DNA of 64,000 nt from an uncultured Candidatus Saccharibacteria bacterium (GTDB lineage: Bacteria; Patescibacteriota; Doudnabacteria; UBA920): NCBI GenBank assembly GCA_964416765.1, contig CAYQEU010000001.1, positions 1,675 to 65,674 of the forward strand. The letters are read 5' to 3'. The position numbers and the translations under genes were made by a program. Shown piece by piece: positions 33,815 through 43,453 of this stretch (the stretch's first letter is position 1; every line of letters begins with the position of its first letter). The notes under the pieces were generated by a model. It searched no databases and had not been told where the DNA came from. It worked only from the letters and a program-made list of their open reading frames with translations.

Positions 33815-36382
33815 ATGACAAGTAAATACTTCAAGCACGTCAGCCGTGTCCTGCTGGTTGCAGCGGTTGTTTTTTCGTGTTCAGGGGTTGTTGCCCCGCA
33901 GAGCAGCCATGCTGAGGACTTATTGCCGCGCGTTGTGGTGCGCGACCAGGCTATCCCAACACCACAGTACTACAACACTCCCAACGTGCCTCCGGGACAG
34001 AACGGGGGATCGGTTTATAAAACCCTGATCGCCGCTGACGGCACTATTTACTTGGCTGGAAATTTCGCGTTCGTCTCCGGACAAGACCGCCACAACCTGG
34101 CTGCCTTGTCGGCTGACGGCACTCTTTTGAGCTGGAACCCCAACGCGGATGGCGGAGTGTACACCATGGCCATGGACGGTAGTACTATATATATCGGCGG
34201 CGACTTTTCTCATATCGGCACCACAGCCAAAAACATGATCGCCGCTATCTCTACCAATGGGCAGTTAACTTCCTGGGCTCCGGCCCTCCCGGAAGGATAC
34301 GCTGTCGCTGGTATAGTGGTGGGAGCCAACTCGGTTTATGTCATGACTTCGCCGGGGCCGGATTATTACGGCGACCCAAATTCAGCGGTTGAGTCAGTAT
34401 TTGCTTTCGATAAAACATCGGGGGCCAAACAGTGGTCGGTAACTACCGACGGCTTTGCCATTAACGGAGCGTTAAAGGACAGCACGCTGTATGTGTCCGG
34501 AATATTCACCAAACTTGGCGGACAAGACCGCTCCGGTTTGGGGGCGATTAACGTCAGTAGTGGTCAGGTGACCTCCTGGAACCCAAACCCCAGCAACGCC
34601 CACCCAGAGTATTCGTATAATCTCGTGCAGGCGCTGACTCTTTCGGGAAACACTTTGTACGTGGGAGGAAGCTTCTCTTCCATTGCCAACCAATCCCGTT
34701 CTTACATTGCCTCGTTCGACGCCAGTACCGGCAACCTTACAAACTGGAACCCACAAGTGAGCTTTGGTTACGTTAATGAATCACCATCCATAATGTCTAT
34801 GGCCGTTGATGCTAACGGCAAGCTATATGTTGGCGGCAGCTTTGGTGATGACAACCATTCTTCTTTCTATAACTTATTTATTCTTGACCAGAACGGCATG
34901 GAATATTACTGGCCTATCGACATGGAAGCGAACGCGGATAACGGCTATTACGCCCCAGCGCTCGCCAACGTCGCGATTAGCGGCCATTACATGTATGCCA
35001 GTTCATATAATGACTTCGCCCGCTATGACCTGAACAGCCCCGTGCCTATGACCACAGTTAAGCCGGTATATCCTGGGCCTATTCCGCCTCCTGTCGTGCT
35101 GCCTCCGAACGTCCACGCGGGACAATTGCTAAAATTCAAGAGCAACAACGCGGTTTATCTAGTAGAACCGGAAGGGCTGTACCCGTTCCGCAACTACTAC
35201 TCCTTCCAGCTATACCAAGGCGCCAGCAATGAAAAAATCACCAACATAAATAATGTTATTGACCCATACACGGTTACTACGGCATATGGTTACTCTTCTG
35301 CCGATGAATATTTGGGCCAGTATATTCCCGCGGGACAGCCTTATGTGCCCGGCACTTTGGTTAATTCCAAAGGCACGGTATTCCTCATAATGGTAGGGGA
35401 GCAGATCCCGTTCCGGAACAAGGAATCCTTCCTGGGCCTTGGTTATTCCTTTGCCGATGTCATCAACGCCGACTTAACCAACTCAGGACTTACCCAGACT
35501 CCTGGCATATATACGGATAAAGTTCCACACACATGGGGCACATGGTTAAACTATAACGGCACGATTTACTATTCGGATGAAACCGGCATGATCGGTGTTC
35601 CTGACTGGAGCACTTTCCTTTCTAACCACGGTTTGCCGCAAATGATCAAACAAATGAACCAGTACGACCTCGATGTCTACTTCCAGGACCCGAACCAGCC
35701 AGTACTGCGCTACGCTGACCCGCGGGTAGCTTTGTCTCCAAACGACCCGCCGTATGACCCGGCCACTTACCGCGACCAGACCCGGGTTTATGACATCTAC
35801 AATATTCAGTATGCGCTTGAAGATTATTACTATGCGAATAACAGCCAGTACCCAGCCACCCTCAATGATTTAGTACCGGGCTACATTGGCGAACTGCCGG
35901 TGGCTCCAACCCCGGCTGACGGTTCCTGTACCGCCGACCAGAATACCTATAAGTACGTGCGTACGGACTCTTCCAACGTCGCGTTGACATTCTGTCTTGG
36001 TGCCGCGGTTGATAAGTATGTGGCGGGAGTAAATACTGACCACAGCCCTACCGCGGCCGACCACCGCGACATTACCCGCATAAATGATATTTACCAGCTG
36101 GATTCCGCCATTGAAAACTATCGCTATGACCACAGCAATAAGTACCCGAGCGCGTTATCTGACCTGACCCCTGCCTACATAGGGCAACTTCCAGTGGCGC
36201 CAACTCCGGCTGACGGCACTTGCAGCGCGCAACAAAATACCTACGCCTACCAAAAGCTAACCGATACTACCTTTAAGATGACTTTTTGTTTAGGCGGTAG
36301 TTACACTGGATACAGTGCGGGGTTCCGTACCATTGACCAGACGGGCCAAATTGATGGCGGCCCCGTTGGTCCCACTTATTAA
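33815..36382 (+). CDS. Secreted multidomain protein: beta-propeller repeats, three GTLxN-type repeats, two pilin-head-like repeats
   Basis: Sec signal ending SHA. Repeats xYxGGxF...R..LAA...WNP. C-terminal 98-aa tandem RDxxRxxDI...YP...LPVAPTPADGxC...FCLG. Confidence 0.85.
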   Translation: MTSKYFKHVSRVLLVAAVVFSCSGVVAPQSSHAEDLLPRVVVRDQAIPTPQYYNTPNVPPGQNGGSVYKTLIAADGTIYLAGNFAFVSGQDRHNLAALSADGTLLSWNPNADGGVYTMAMDGSTIYIGGDFSHIGTTAKNMIAAISTNGQLTSWAPALPEGYAVAGIVVGANSVYVMTSPGPDYYGDPNSAVESVFAFDKTSGAKQWSVTTDGFAINGALKDSTLYVSGIFTKLGGQDRSGLGAINVSSGQVTSWNPNPSNAHPEYSYNLVQALTLSGNTLYVGGSFSSIANQSRSYIASFDASTGNLTNWNPQVSFGYVNESPSIMSMAVDANGKLYVGGSFGDDNHSSFYNLFILDQNGMEYYWPIDMEANADNGYYAPALANVAISGHYMYASSYNDFARYDLNSPVPMTTVKPVYPGPIPPPVVLPPNVHAGQLLKFKSNNAVYLVEPEGLYPFRNYYSFQLYQGASNEKITNINNVIDPYTVTTAYGYSSADEYLGQYIPAGQPYVPGTLVNSKGTVFLIMVGEQIPFRNKESFLGLGYSFADVINADLTNSGLTQTPGIYTDKVPHTWGTWLNYNGTIYYSDETGMIGVPDWSTFLSNHGLPQMIKQMNQYDLDVYFQDPNQPVLRYADPRVALSPNDPPYDPATYRDQTRVYDIYNIQYALEDYYYANNSQYPATLNDLVPGYIGELPVAPTPADGSCTADQNTYKYVRTDSSNVALTFCLGAAVDKYVAGVNTDHSPTAADHRDITRINDIYQLDSAIENYRYDHSNKYPSALSDLTPAYIGQLPVAPTPADGTCSAQQNTYAYQKLTDTTFKMTFCLGGSYTGYSAGFRTIDQTGQIDGGPVGPTY

Positions 36383-36408
36383 TTTAGTCATATAAAAGTA
36401 GATAAGAT

Positions 36409-36437
36409 AAAACCCTCCGGAAATCCGGAGGGTTTTT
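36409..36437. terminator. Bidirectional terminator
   Basis: AAAACCCTCCGG-aaat-CCGGAGGGTTTT. Confidence 0.8.
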
Positions 36438-36447
36438 AAATTTAGAA

Positions 36448-37005
36448 CTAGTTGGCGCGTTCCACGTATTCGCCGCTGCGGGTATCAATTCGGAGCATGT
36501 CGCCTTCTTTGATGAACATGGGAGCCTGGACTACGAGTCCGGTTTCCATGGTCACCGGCTTGGTAACGTTGCCGCCGGAGTTCCCAACCACGTTTGGCGG
36601 AGCTTCGGTAACTTTCAGGTCAATCTTAATTGGAAGTTCAATGGATACCGGCTTGCCGTTGAAGCGGAGGATCTGGACTTCCAACCCTTCCTTAAGGAAT
36701 CCCAACTGGGACTCGACTTCGCTAGTGGCCATATCCACTGTTTCAAAAGTTTCGTTGTTCATAAAGTGAACGCCCTCACCGTCAGTGTAAAGGTAGTTGG
36801 CCTTTTCGCGGGAAACATCTGCTTCTTCAACCTTTTCGCCAAACTTGAATGAGTATTCCATAACCTTGCCGGAGATAAGATTTTCCAGCTTGGCCTGCAT
36901 GACAGGCTTTCTCTGGGCGGTACGCATGCGGTTGGACCAAATAACCTTAAAAGGCTGGTTGTTCATGAGCACGATAGCCCCTAATTTTACGTCGTTTAAA
37001 TCCAT
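36448..37005 (-). CDS. efp: Translation elongation factor P
   Basis: YLYTDG...FMNNETFE, KPVTMETG...PMFIKEGD...IDTRSGEYVER. Confidence 0.95.
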   Translation of the reverse strand: MDLNDVKLGAIVLMNNQPFKVIWSNRMRTAQRKPVMQAKLENLISGKVMEYSFKFGEKVEEADVSREKANYLYTDGEGVHFMNNETFETVDMATSEVESQLGFLKEGLEVQILRFNGKPVSIELPIKIDLKVTEAPPNVVGNSGGNVTKPVTMETGLVVQAPMFIKEGDMLRIDTRSGEYVERAN

Positions 37006-37022
37006 GGGGGTTGGGTTTTAGT

Positions 37023-37253
37023 TTAAGGAGCAACGAATGGAAGCAGTGCCATGTGGCGGGCGCGCTTCAACGCGATGGTAACCATGCGCTGGTGCTTCGG
37101 GCAGGAGCCATTCTTTACCCGGGAAAGGATCTTGGCGTGAGGAGACATGAAGCGGCGCAAGGTTTGGGTGTCTTTGTAGTCCACTGTTGTGATCTTGTTA
37201 GAACAGAAGTAGCAGACTTTTTTAGCCACCGGTGCATTTTGCTGTGGTTTCAT
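37023..37253 (-). CDS. rpsR: 30S ribosomal protein S18 (zinc-binding type)
   Basis: CYFC...VDYKD...CPKHQR...IALKRARHMALLPF. Confidence 0.96.
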   Translation of the reverse strand: MKPQQNAPVAKKVCYFCSNKITTVDYKDTQTLRRFMSPHAKILSRVKNGSCPKHQRMVTIALKRARHMALLPFVAP

Positions 37254-37272
37254 ATTTGAGGGGGATTAAGGT

Positions 37273-37740
37273 TTAAAAGGGGATATCTTCAACATTCAGG
37301 TCTTCGCCCTGGATGATGGTTGGTAGTTCTTCGGACGGCGCTTCCTGATTCATGCTATCGCTAGGAGCGGAATTGCCGCGGCTCGGAGCGGACATGTCGG
37401 AACTTCCGGCGCCGCCATCGAGCATGATCATGTTATCAGCCACAATTTCGGTGCGGTAGTTCTTCTTGCCGTCCTGGCCATCCCACGAACGGGTTTGCAA
37501 ACGGCCTTCAATGTAAACGCGACGGCCTTTCTTGAGGTACTGGTTGGCGATTTCGGCCAGTTTGCGCCACAACACAACGTTGTGGTATTCAACCTGCTCG
37601 ACGCGCTGGCCACTCTGCTGGTTTGTGTAAACGTAATTGGTGGCAAGGCCGAGTTGGCAGACACTAGCCCCGTTGGGGGTGGTTTTTAGTTCTGGATCAC
37701 GGGTCAGGCGGCCAATGATCATTACTTTATTTAAGTCCAT
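37273..37740 (-). CDS. ssb: Single-stranded DNA-binding protein
   Basis: NKVMIIGRLTRDPE, YIEGRLQTRSW, C-terminal DIPF. Confidence 0.97.
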   Translation of the reverse strand: MDLNKVMIIGRLTRDPELKTTPNGASVCQLGLATNYVYTNQQSGQRVEQVEYHNVVLWRKLAEIANQYLKKGRRVYIEGRLQTRSWDGQDGKKNYRTEIVADNMIMLDGGAGSSDMSAPSRGNSAPSDSMNQEAPSEELPTIIQGEDLNVEDIPF

Positions 37741-37751
37741 GGTTTTTGAGA

Positions 37752-38240
37752 TTACTTGCTAACGTCCTCGTTAAGGGCGGCTTCAATTTGCTCGTCCAAA
37801 TCAACAACCTCACCCGTGCTTTCGGCAGAGGCCTTAGGGGCGGCCGGAGCGGAAGGGGCTTCTGCCGGGGCACCGGTTTCGCTTTGGGCTTCAACCGGGC
37901 GGTTGCGGTTCATCTTAGCCTGGACTTCACGGTCGCGTGAAAGACGCTCCAAGTGTTCGTCTTGGTTTACTAAGATGTAACGGATGATTATGTTTTGGGT
38001 GCGGATTTTAGCGTCCAGGTCATTGATTTTTGGCCCTTCCAAACTAAAATCGATTAACCCATAAAAACCGTTGCGGGTTTTCTTGATAGGGTAGGCGAGC
38101 TTTTTCTTGCCTAACTGAGTCTCCTGGATGTCGGTACCGCCAAAGTCGGAAACGAATTGGGCGATTTGTCCGGTAACATCAGGGATCTGATCGTCAGAAA
38201 CTGACGAAGCCAATATGTACATGAGTTCATATCTTGGCAT
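37752..38240 (-). CDS. rpsF: 30S ribosomal protein S6
   Basis: YELMYIL, GKKKLAYPIKK...GFY, rpsF-ssb-rpsR order. Confidence 0.95.
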   Translation of the reverse strand: MPRYELMYILASSVSDDQIPDVTGQIAQFVSDFGGTDIQETQLGKKKLAYPIKKTRNGFYGLIDFSLEGPKINDLDAKIRTQNIIIRYILVNQDEHLERLSRDREVQAKMNRNRPVEAQSETGAPAEAPSAPAAPKASAESTGEVVDLDEQIEAALNEDVSK

Positions 38241-38249
38241 GAAGGATGG

Positions 38250-38408
38250 TCTCCTTATTCCTATAATCCGGTCGTGGAGAAGAACGCTTGCGGCAAAGTA
38301 CAGGCGGTCCTCTCCAACCGTTCGTTACCTTGCTTCCTCGCCCCTCTTCAAGGAAGCTGCAGGAAAGGCTTTTTCAGGGCCTGTCCCTTAGCTCCATGTT
38401 ATAGGAGA
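38250..38408 (-). ncRNA. Structured 5' leader of rpsF-ssb-rpsR (candidate)
   Basis: Closing helix TCCTATAA/TTATAGGA, two internal stems, anti-SD TCTCCT. Confidence 0.45.
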
Positions 38409-38576
38409 TATGTTAATGATTTATTAAAGAAATAGTAAAAACTTGCTAAATTATAGCCCATTTATCCACTTTTGTCCAGCATATAATAAGGCTAAATAAT
38501 GCAACTTTTGGTATGCTTATATCGTGCTAATACTGCCAGTTGCCCAATTACTGGCACTTTATTAATAAGAACCACA

Positions 38577-39569
38577 ATGAATAAGTTAAAGGTTTTTTTG
38601 ACTGGAGTATTAACTCTGGCGTCGATTGCGGGAACTGCAGTGGCCCCCATGGTCGTTAAAGCAGCTTCATGCGCTGATGCCTCTATTCCTTTGTATGGAA
38701 TGCTTAAACCAGATGGCAGGCATTTTTATACCACCAATTACCAGGAAGTTCAGCAAGTTGCCCAATATAACTATCAGTTTATGGGTATTGTAACCAGGAT
38801 TTTCGCCCAGCGTGTTTCAGGCACCGTCGCCATCAAACGGTACTATAACTCAGCAACTGGCGCGCATCGCTATTTCGCCTCTGACTCCATTGATACTTCC
38901 AAGGGCTCCTATGAAGGGGAGTTAGGTTATATCTCAACTTCTCCTTCCAATAACCTGAACAATATATTTTTCCAAGTCAGTGACAGTAAACAAGATGTAA
39001 TTTTGAGCATCGACGATAACAATATTTGGGGTTATGGTTTGGTGGGGCCTGACGCGTCATATAATCGTTCCGGAACTTTAGGGTGGTCATGTGGTGCTCA
39101 AAGCGCTATTACGGCTCAGGTATCCCTACTGCGCTACTATAATCCAAAGACCAAACACCACTTCATGACTACCAGCAAGACAGAAGGAAATGCCTTGGTA
39201 AAAAATTCAGGATATAAATATGAAGGAATAAGCGGATATATCTTTGCCATGGAAGAAGGCTTGAATTTCGCCGCTAACCATCCTGTATACAGAATGTACA
39301 AAAGGAGTTCCGATGACCACTTGTATACAACAAACGAATCTGAAAAGGCATTCTTGATGACCCAGGGGTACACATTTGAAGGAACCATGGGTTGGACAGC
39401 CTCTGATCAAGGCGATCAAGGAATTCCCATGCACCGGTTGTTCAACCACACAACCAATGACCGATTATATACTATTGATAACTTGGAAACCCAGCGCGCC
39501 ATAGCCGCTGGTTACACGGAAGAGTCGCCGTTGGGTTACGCTAATCCACGGTTCCAATACGGCTACTAA
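38577..39569 (+). CDS. Secreted protein with DUF5648-like repeats
   Basis: Signal peptide ending VKA. Repeats (L/V)YRxYN....H(F/L)YT...E...L...GY..EG..G. Confidence 0.8.
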   Translation: MNKLKVFLTGVLTLASIAGTAVAPMVVKAASCADASIPLYGMLKPDGRHFYTTNYQEVQQVAQYNYQFMGIVTRIFAQRVSGTVAIKRYYNSATGAHRYFASDSIDTSKGSYEGELGYISTSPSNNLNNIFFQVSDSKQDVILSIDDNNIWGYGLVGPDASYNRSGTLGWSCGAQSAITAQVSLLRYYNPKTKHHFMTTSKTEGNALVKNSGYKYEGISGYIFAMEEGLNFAANHPVYRMYKRSSDDHLYTTNESEKAFLMTQGYTFEGTMGWTASDQGDQGIPMHRLFNHTTNDRLYTIDNLETQRAIAAGYTEESPLGYANPRFQYGY

Positions 39570-39580
39570 AGCATCTAACT

Positions 39581-39605
39581 AAAACCGCCCTCCGGGGCGG
39601 TTTTT
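39581..39605. terminator. Bidirectional terminator
   Basis: AAAACCGCCC-tccg-GGGCGGTTTT. Confidence 0.78.
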
Positions 39606-40882
39606 CAATTGAAGTATTTTACGATACCGTGGGACAAGGCAAAGGTAATGGGCTTCCGTATAAGCGCCTGCAATGTTTTGCCAATAGGGTATTTGCGCTG
39701 GAATTTGAACTCCTCGTCAAAGTCGTTGCGTCCCGTCATGGATTTATCGGCGATATACGATCCAATTGCCGCAGCCCAGGGGAGACCCGTAGGGGCTGCC
39801 ATGTAGTATAGGTTTTTTTGCTCGGGGTCTTGGGCTGCCAGCGGTACCAAGTCCTTGCTCACGCCAATCATGCCTGGCCAGAAATATTCCAGTTCCACTT
39901 CAAGCCAGGGGAACTTTTGGCTTAGGTATCCTTTCATCTTCCGCATAATGGCGGCCGAGTGTTTGATTTCAAAAGGCACATAGGTATAGAACATAGACGC
40001 TGCTCCAATGAGAAGGCGGTTTTCGGCAACTATCCGGTAGTATTGGTAGATGAGGTCAGTATCCCAAACCATAGTTTTTGCGTCGGGGAACATCTTTTTG
40101 GTGGCAGCTTCAGGAAGGGGTTTGCTAATGGCCAGGAAAGTTTGGGCTTGGTAGACTTGCGGCTTCATAACGCCCAGAGAAGGGCTGAATCGGTCCGCAC
40201 ATACTAATATGCTTTTGGCGGTCACTTTGTATTTGCCCACCTTTACTCCGTCTTTTTGTATCTCCGTAACGCGCGACTGCTCATAGATTTGGACACCCTT
40301 CGTCTCTAATATTTCTTTAAGGCCCTGGCAGTAGAGATAGGCATTAATCCCAAATGTGTCGGGATAACGAACCGCTCCGTAGTACTCATTACTTCCTATA
40401 ACTTGGTCAATTTCATTCCCGTGGTAGAGCCGGCTTTCGTAACCCAAGCTTGTGCGCGCATCATGTTCTTTTTTGATCCGCTTCGTCTTGCCGGAAGCGT
40501 TGGCCACGAACAGGGAATCCTGCACTTCATAGTCACATACAATGTTATGCTGCTCGATGTTTTGGCGGATTTTGTCTACTCCGGATACCACAAAGTCCCA
40601 GAGCTTCTTAGCTTTGTCTTTGCCGTATGTTTCAATCAAGTTTGAGAGTTCAAGCTCGGAATCGGGAGTAATAAACCCGGAAGATTTGCCTGACGCACCG
40701 CCCCCGCAAAAATCTTGTTCGAGCAAAATTACTTTCTGGCCATGCTCTTGAAGCGTTTGGGCTGCGGACAAGCCGGCCATGCCCCCACCCACTACAACCG
40801 TGTCGCATTCCAGATTTTCGCTGAGTGGTTTAATTTGGGGTTTCTTCTGGGTATACCAGAAAACTTTGTCTCTTATCTCCAT
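39605..40882 (-). CDS. FAD-dependent oxidoreductase (DAO/PuuB family)
   Basis: VVVGGGMAGLS, GASGKSSG, YFWPG. Confidence 0.88.
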   Translation of the reverse strand: MEIRDKVFWYTQKKPQIKPLSENLECDTVVVGGGMAGLSAAQTLQEHGQKVILLEQDFCGGGASGKSSGFITPDSELELSNLIETYGKDKAKKLWDFVVSGVDKIRQNIEQHNIVCDYEVQDSLFVANASGKTKRIKKEHDARTSLGYESRLYHGNEIDQVIGSNEYYGAVRYPDTFGINAYLYCQGLKEILETKGVQIYEQSRVTEIQKDGVKVGKYKVTAKSILVCADRFSPSLGVMKPQVYQAQTFLAISKPLPEAATKKMFPDAKTMVWDTDLIYQYYRIVAENRLLIGAASMFYTYVPFEIKHSAAIMRKMKGYLSQKFPWLEVELEYFWPGMIGVSKDLVPLAAQDPEQKNLYYMAAPTGLPWAAAIGSYIADKSMTGRNDFDEEFKFQRKYPIGKTLQALIRKPITFALSHGIVKYFN

Positions 40883-40928
40883 ATAGTCATTATATACCCA
40901 TAAACAAAAACCGCCCTATGTGGAGCGG

Positions 40929-42032
40929 TTAGTTGGCAAATCGGAAGTGGACGACGTCGCCGTCTTGTACAACGTATTCTTTTCCTTCCACGCGCAGCCA
41001 GCCCTTTTCTTTGGCCCCGTTGTAGGAACCAGCTTCCAGGAGTTTGTCCCACTGAATCACTTCCGCGCGGATGAAGCCGTGTTCGAAGTCGGTGTGGATG
41101 ACTCCCGCGGCTTGTGGAGCTTTGGTACCTGCAGGGCATGTCCAGGCTTTGCTTTCCATCGGACCCGCTGTGATGAAAGTAACTAACCCCAGGGTTCGGT
41201 ATGCAGCTTTTATGATTTTGTCCAAACCGCTTTCGTTCAGCCCTAAATCTTTTAAGTATTGGGCGCGGTCTTCATCTTCGAAATCCGCCAGTTCGGTTTC
41301 CAACTTGGCATCTATGACTATGACGTCGCCAAAATTGAATTTATATTCATCCGTGTTGATCGGGGACCCGTCGGAGTTTTCATACTGCTTGGAAGAAATA
41401 TTGTATGTAGAGTTTATGGCCAAGAGGAAAGGTTTGGTGGTGAGCAGTTGGACGTCTTTGCTGGCTGCTTTTTCTTCTTCATTCAACACAACAGTATTGG
41501 CCATTTGGCCGTTTTCAACGGCAGCCCGGTACTTTTCCAATGCCTGCTTTTTAAGTATCATCTCGCGGTCGTTACCCCGCGCCTGGCGTGCCACGGTTTC
41601 CAAACGCTTATCGATATTCTGTAAGTCAGCCAGCTGTAGCTCAATCGCAATAGTTTCAATGTCGCGTTTCGCGTCCACTGACCCTTGCACGTGGATGATA
41701 TCATCGTCATGGAACAAACGGGAAACTTCGAGGATAGCGTCTACTTCGCGGATATGGGAAAGGAACTGGTTCCCCAACCCTTCTCCCTTATGCGCGCCGC
41801 TAACTAGCCCGGCGATGTCCACAAATTCAATAGTGGTAGGGACAATCTTTTCGCTCTTTTCCTGGGCGGCTAATTTAGCAAGGCGGTCATCCGGCACGGC
41901 AACAACACCGACATTCGGGTCGATGGTGGCAAAAGGGTAATTAGCAGCTTCAACGTTGCTCTTGGTGATGGCGTTAAACAGGGTGGACTTGCCCACGTTG
42001 GGCAGTCCGACAATTCCAATCTTAAATGACAT
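40929..42032 (-). CDS. ychF: Ribosome-binding ATPase YchF
   Basis: GIVGLPNVGKST, NYPFATIDPN, DIAGLV, HTDFEHGFIRAE, EGKEYVVQDGD. Confidence 0.97.
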   Translation of the reverse strand: MSFKIGIVGLPNVGKSTLFNAITKSNVEAANYPFATIDPNVGVVAVPDDRLAKLAAQEKSEKIVPTTIEFVDIAGLVSGAHKGEGLGNQFLSHIREVDAILEVSRLFHDDDIIHVQGSVDAKRDIETIAIELQLADLQNIDKRLETVARQARGNDREMILKKQALEKYRAAVENGQMANTVVLNEEEKAASKDVQLLTTKPFLLAINSTYNISSKQYENSDGSPINTDEYKFNFGDVIVIDAKLETELADFEDEDRAQYLKDLGLNESGLDKIIKAAYRTLGLVTFITAGPMESKAWTCPAGTKAPQAAGVIHTDFEHGFIRAEVIQWDKLLEAGSYNGAKEKGWLRVEGKEYVVQDGDVVHFRFAN

Positions 42033-42176
42033 AGCCATAATTTTACTTGGGTTTTCCACATATTGCAATATTCGGCGTTTTGTTTTATTATTGGCGGTAT
42101 GTCCGATAGGGTTCCCCCTTGGCTGACATACAAAAACAAACACAAACGAAAACTTAATAGGAGAAACTACAAATTA

Positions 42177-42515
42177 ATGAAAAGAAACACACGTAACGCC
42201 CCGCAGAACAATTCGGCTGACCGCGTCCCTTCGAGAAAGGGCACACCCAAGTTTTTCAGGAACCTACCTGAGACAGTCGTCGAAACGCTCTGCATCGAGT
42301 TTGATGCATTCCCCAGCCGAGCCAACGTCAGGAATATTCGCACATTCCTCGACACGAACAAAAAGGCGGTTAATGGACTTACCTTCCACGCGCTCAAAGG
42401 AGACCGCTTCAAACTCGTTCATCCTGTGGCGGGCAATCATATTTGCACGCCCAGCACCTTCCTTGACGCTATAGCTCGCGTCAACACTGTTCGCTACGAC
42501 CGCGCATCCGCGTAA
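42177..42515 (+). CDS. Small basic hypothetical protein
   Basis: AGGAG upstream of ATG 42177, followed by a strong hairpin. Confidence 0.5.
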   Translation: MKRNTRNAPQNNSADRVPSRKGTPKFFRNLPETVVETLCIEFDAFPSRANVRNIRTFLDTNKKAVNGLTFHALKGDRFKLVHPVAGNHICTPSTFLDAIARVNTVRYDRASA

Positions 42516-42530
42516 CCCACGTTTCTATCC

Positions 42531-42570
42531 GAAGACCCGAAACTTGCTGTTTAAGTTTCGGGTCTTCTTT
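42531..42570 (+). terminator. Intrinsic terminator, 15-bp perfect stem
   Basis: GAAGACCCGAAACTT-gctgttt-AAGTTTCGGGTCTTC-TTT. Confidence 0.7.
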
Positions 42571-42643
42571 ATGCCCGAAACAGGCGTTTCTGTGCCTGGT
42601 TATTTTCTGGTAAAATGTAAATACAAACTCATTAACATATCCG

Positions 42644-43447
42644 ATGAAAATTTCTAAACTCAGCGGCATAAAATTTAAGAAATTAGTGGTATTCGATTTA
42701 GATGGAACCCTGGCTCGTTCAAAAAGCGTAATGGATAAGGAGATGGTAAACTTGATAATCCAGCTACTGGAGCAAAAGCAGGTTGCGGTTATCGGCGGGG
42801 GGAAGCATGCCCTTTTCAAACAACAGCTCCTCGCCCCGTTAAAAGGAGTTCCCGGAAAGCTTTTGAAGAACCTATATCTCTTTCCCACAACAGCCACCGC
42901 GTTTTACCGCTACCAAAGCGGCTGGAAAAATGTTTATCTGCATCAGCTTTCCAAGGAAGAACGCGCCCTCATCAAAAAGACTTTCCAGCGAGTGTTTGAT
43001 GAAATTGGCTATAAGCACCCAAAGAAAACTTACGGCCCAGTTATTGAAGACCGCGGCACTCAGGTAACCTTCTCGGCGCTTGGCCAGGAAGTTGTGGCCA
43101 TGCTGGGCAAAAAGGGATTGAAGATGAAAGACGAGTGGCGCGACAAGTATACGCCAGTAAAGCTGCAAATCGCCAAGCTAATGTCCAAGTATCTGCCCAA
43201 CATGCACGTAAAGGCCGCGGGGCATACTTCGGTCGATGTCACCCAAAAGGGGATCGACAAAGCTTATGGCCTCAAACAAATTGAGAAATACCTGCACGTA
43301 AAGATTAAGGACATGTTGTTTGTGGGCGACGCGATTTTCCCCGGAGGTAATGATTACGCGGTGACCAAAACCAAGGTTGACTACTTCCCGGTAAAAGACC
43401 CGGAAGATACTAAAAAAGTCATTAAACAAGTTCTAAGCACTAAGTAA
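42644..43447 (+). CDS. HAD-IIB hydrolase, eukaryotic-type phosphomannomutase family
   Basis: FDLDGTL, IEDRGTQVTFSALG, SVDVT..GIDKAY, FVGDAIFPGGND. Confidence 0.88.
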   Translation: MKISKLSGIKFKKLVVFDLDGTLARSKSVMDKEMVNLIIQLLEQKQVAVIGGGKHALFKQQLLAPLKGVPGKLLKNLYLFPTTATAFYRYQSGWKNVYLHQLSKEERALIKKTFQRVFDEIGYKHPKKTYGPVIEDRGTQVTFSALGQEVVAMLGKKGLKMKDEWRDKYTPVKLQIAKLMSKYLPNMHVKAAGHTSVDVTQKGIDKAYGLKQIEKYLHVKIKDMLFVGDAIFPGGNDYAVTKTKVDYFPVKDPEDTKKVIKQVLSTK

Positions 43448-43453
43448 GATTTT

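Noticed and set aside
35768-36340. Tandem repeats as a possible DGR template/variable pair
   Set aside because: Both copies are in-frame coding and differ at all base types, not only adenines. No reverse transcriptase is in the window.
38250-38408. Possible SRP RNA or RNase P RNA
   Set aside because: Lacks the SRP domain IV motif and the RNase P GAGGAAAGUCC core. Kept only as a candidate leader.
41071-41940. 289-aa ORF antisense to ychF (similarly 13038-13745 and 61950-62552)
   Set aside because: Fully overlaps well-conserved genes on the opposite strand and has no recognisable motifs.
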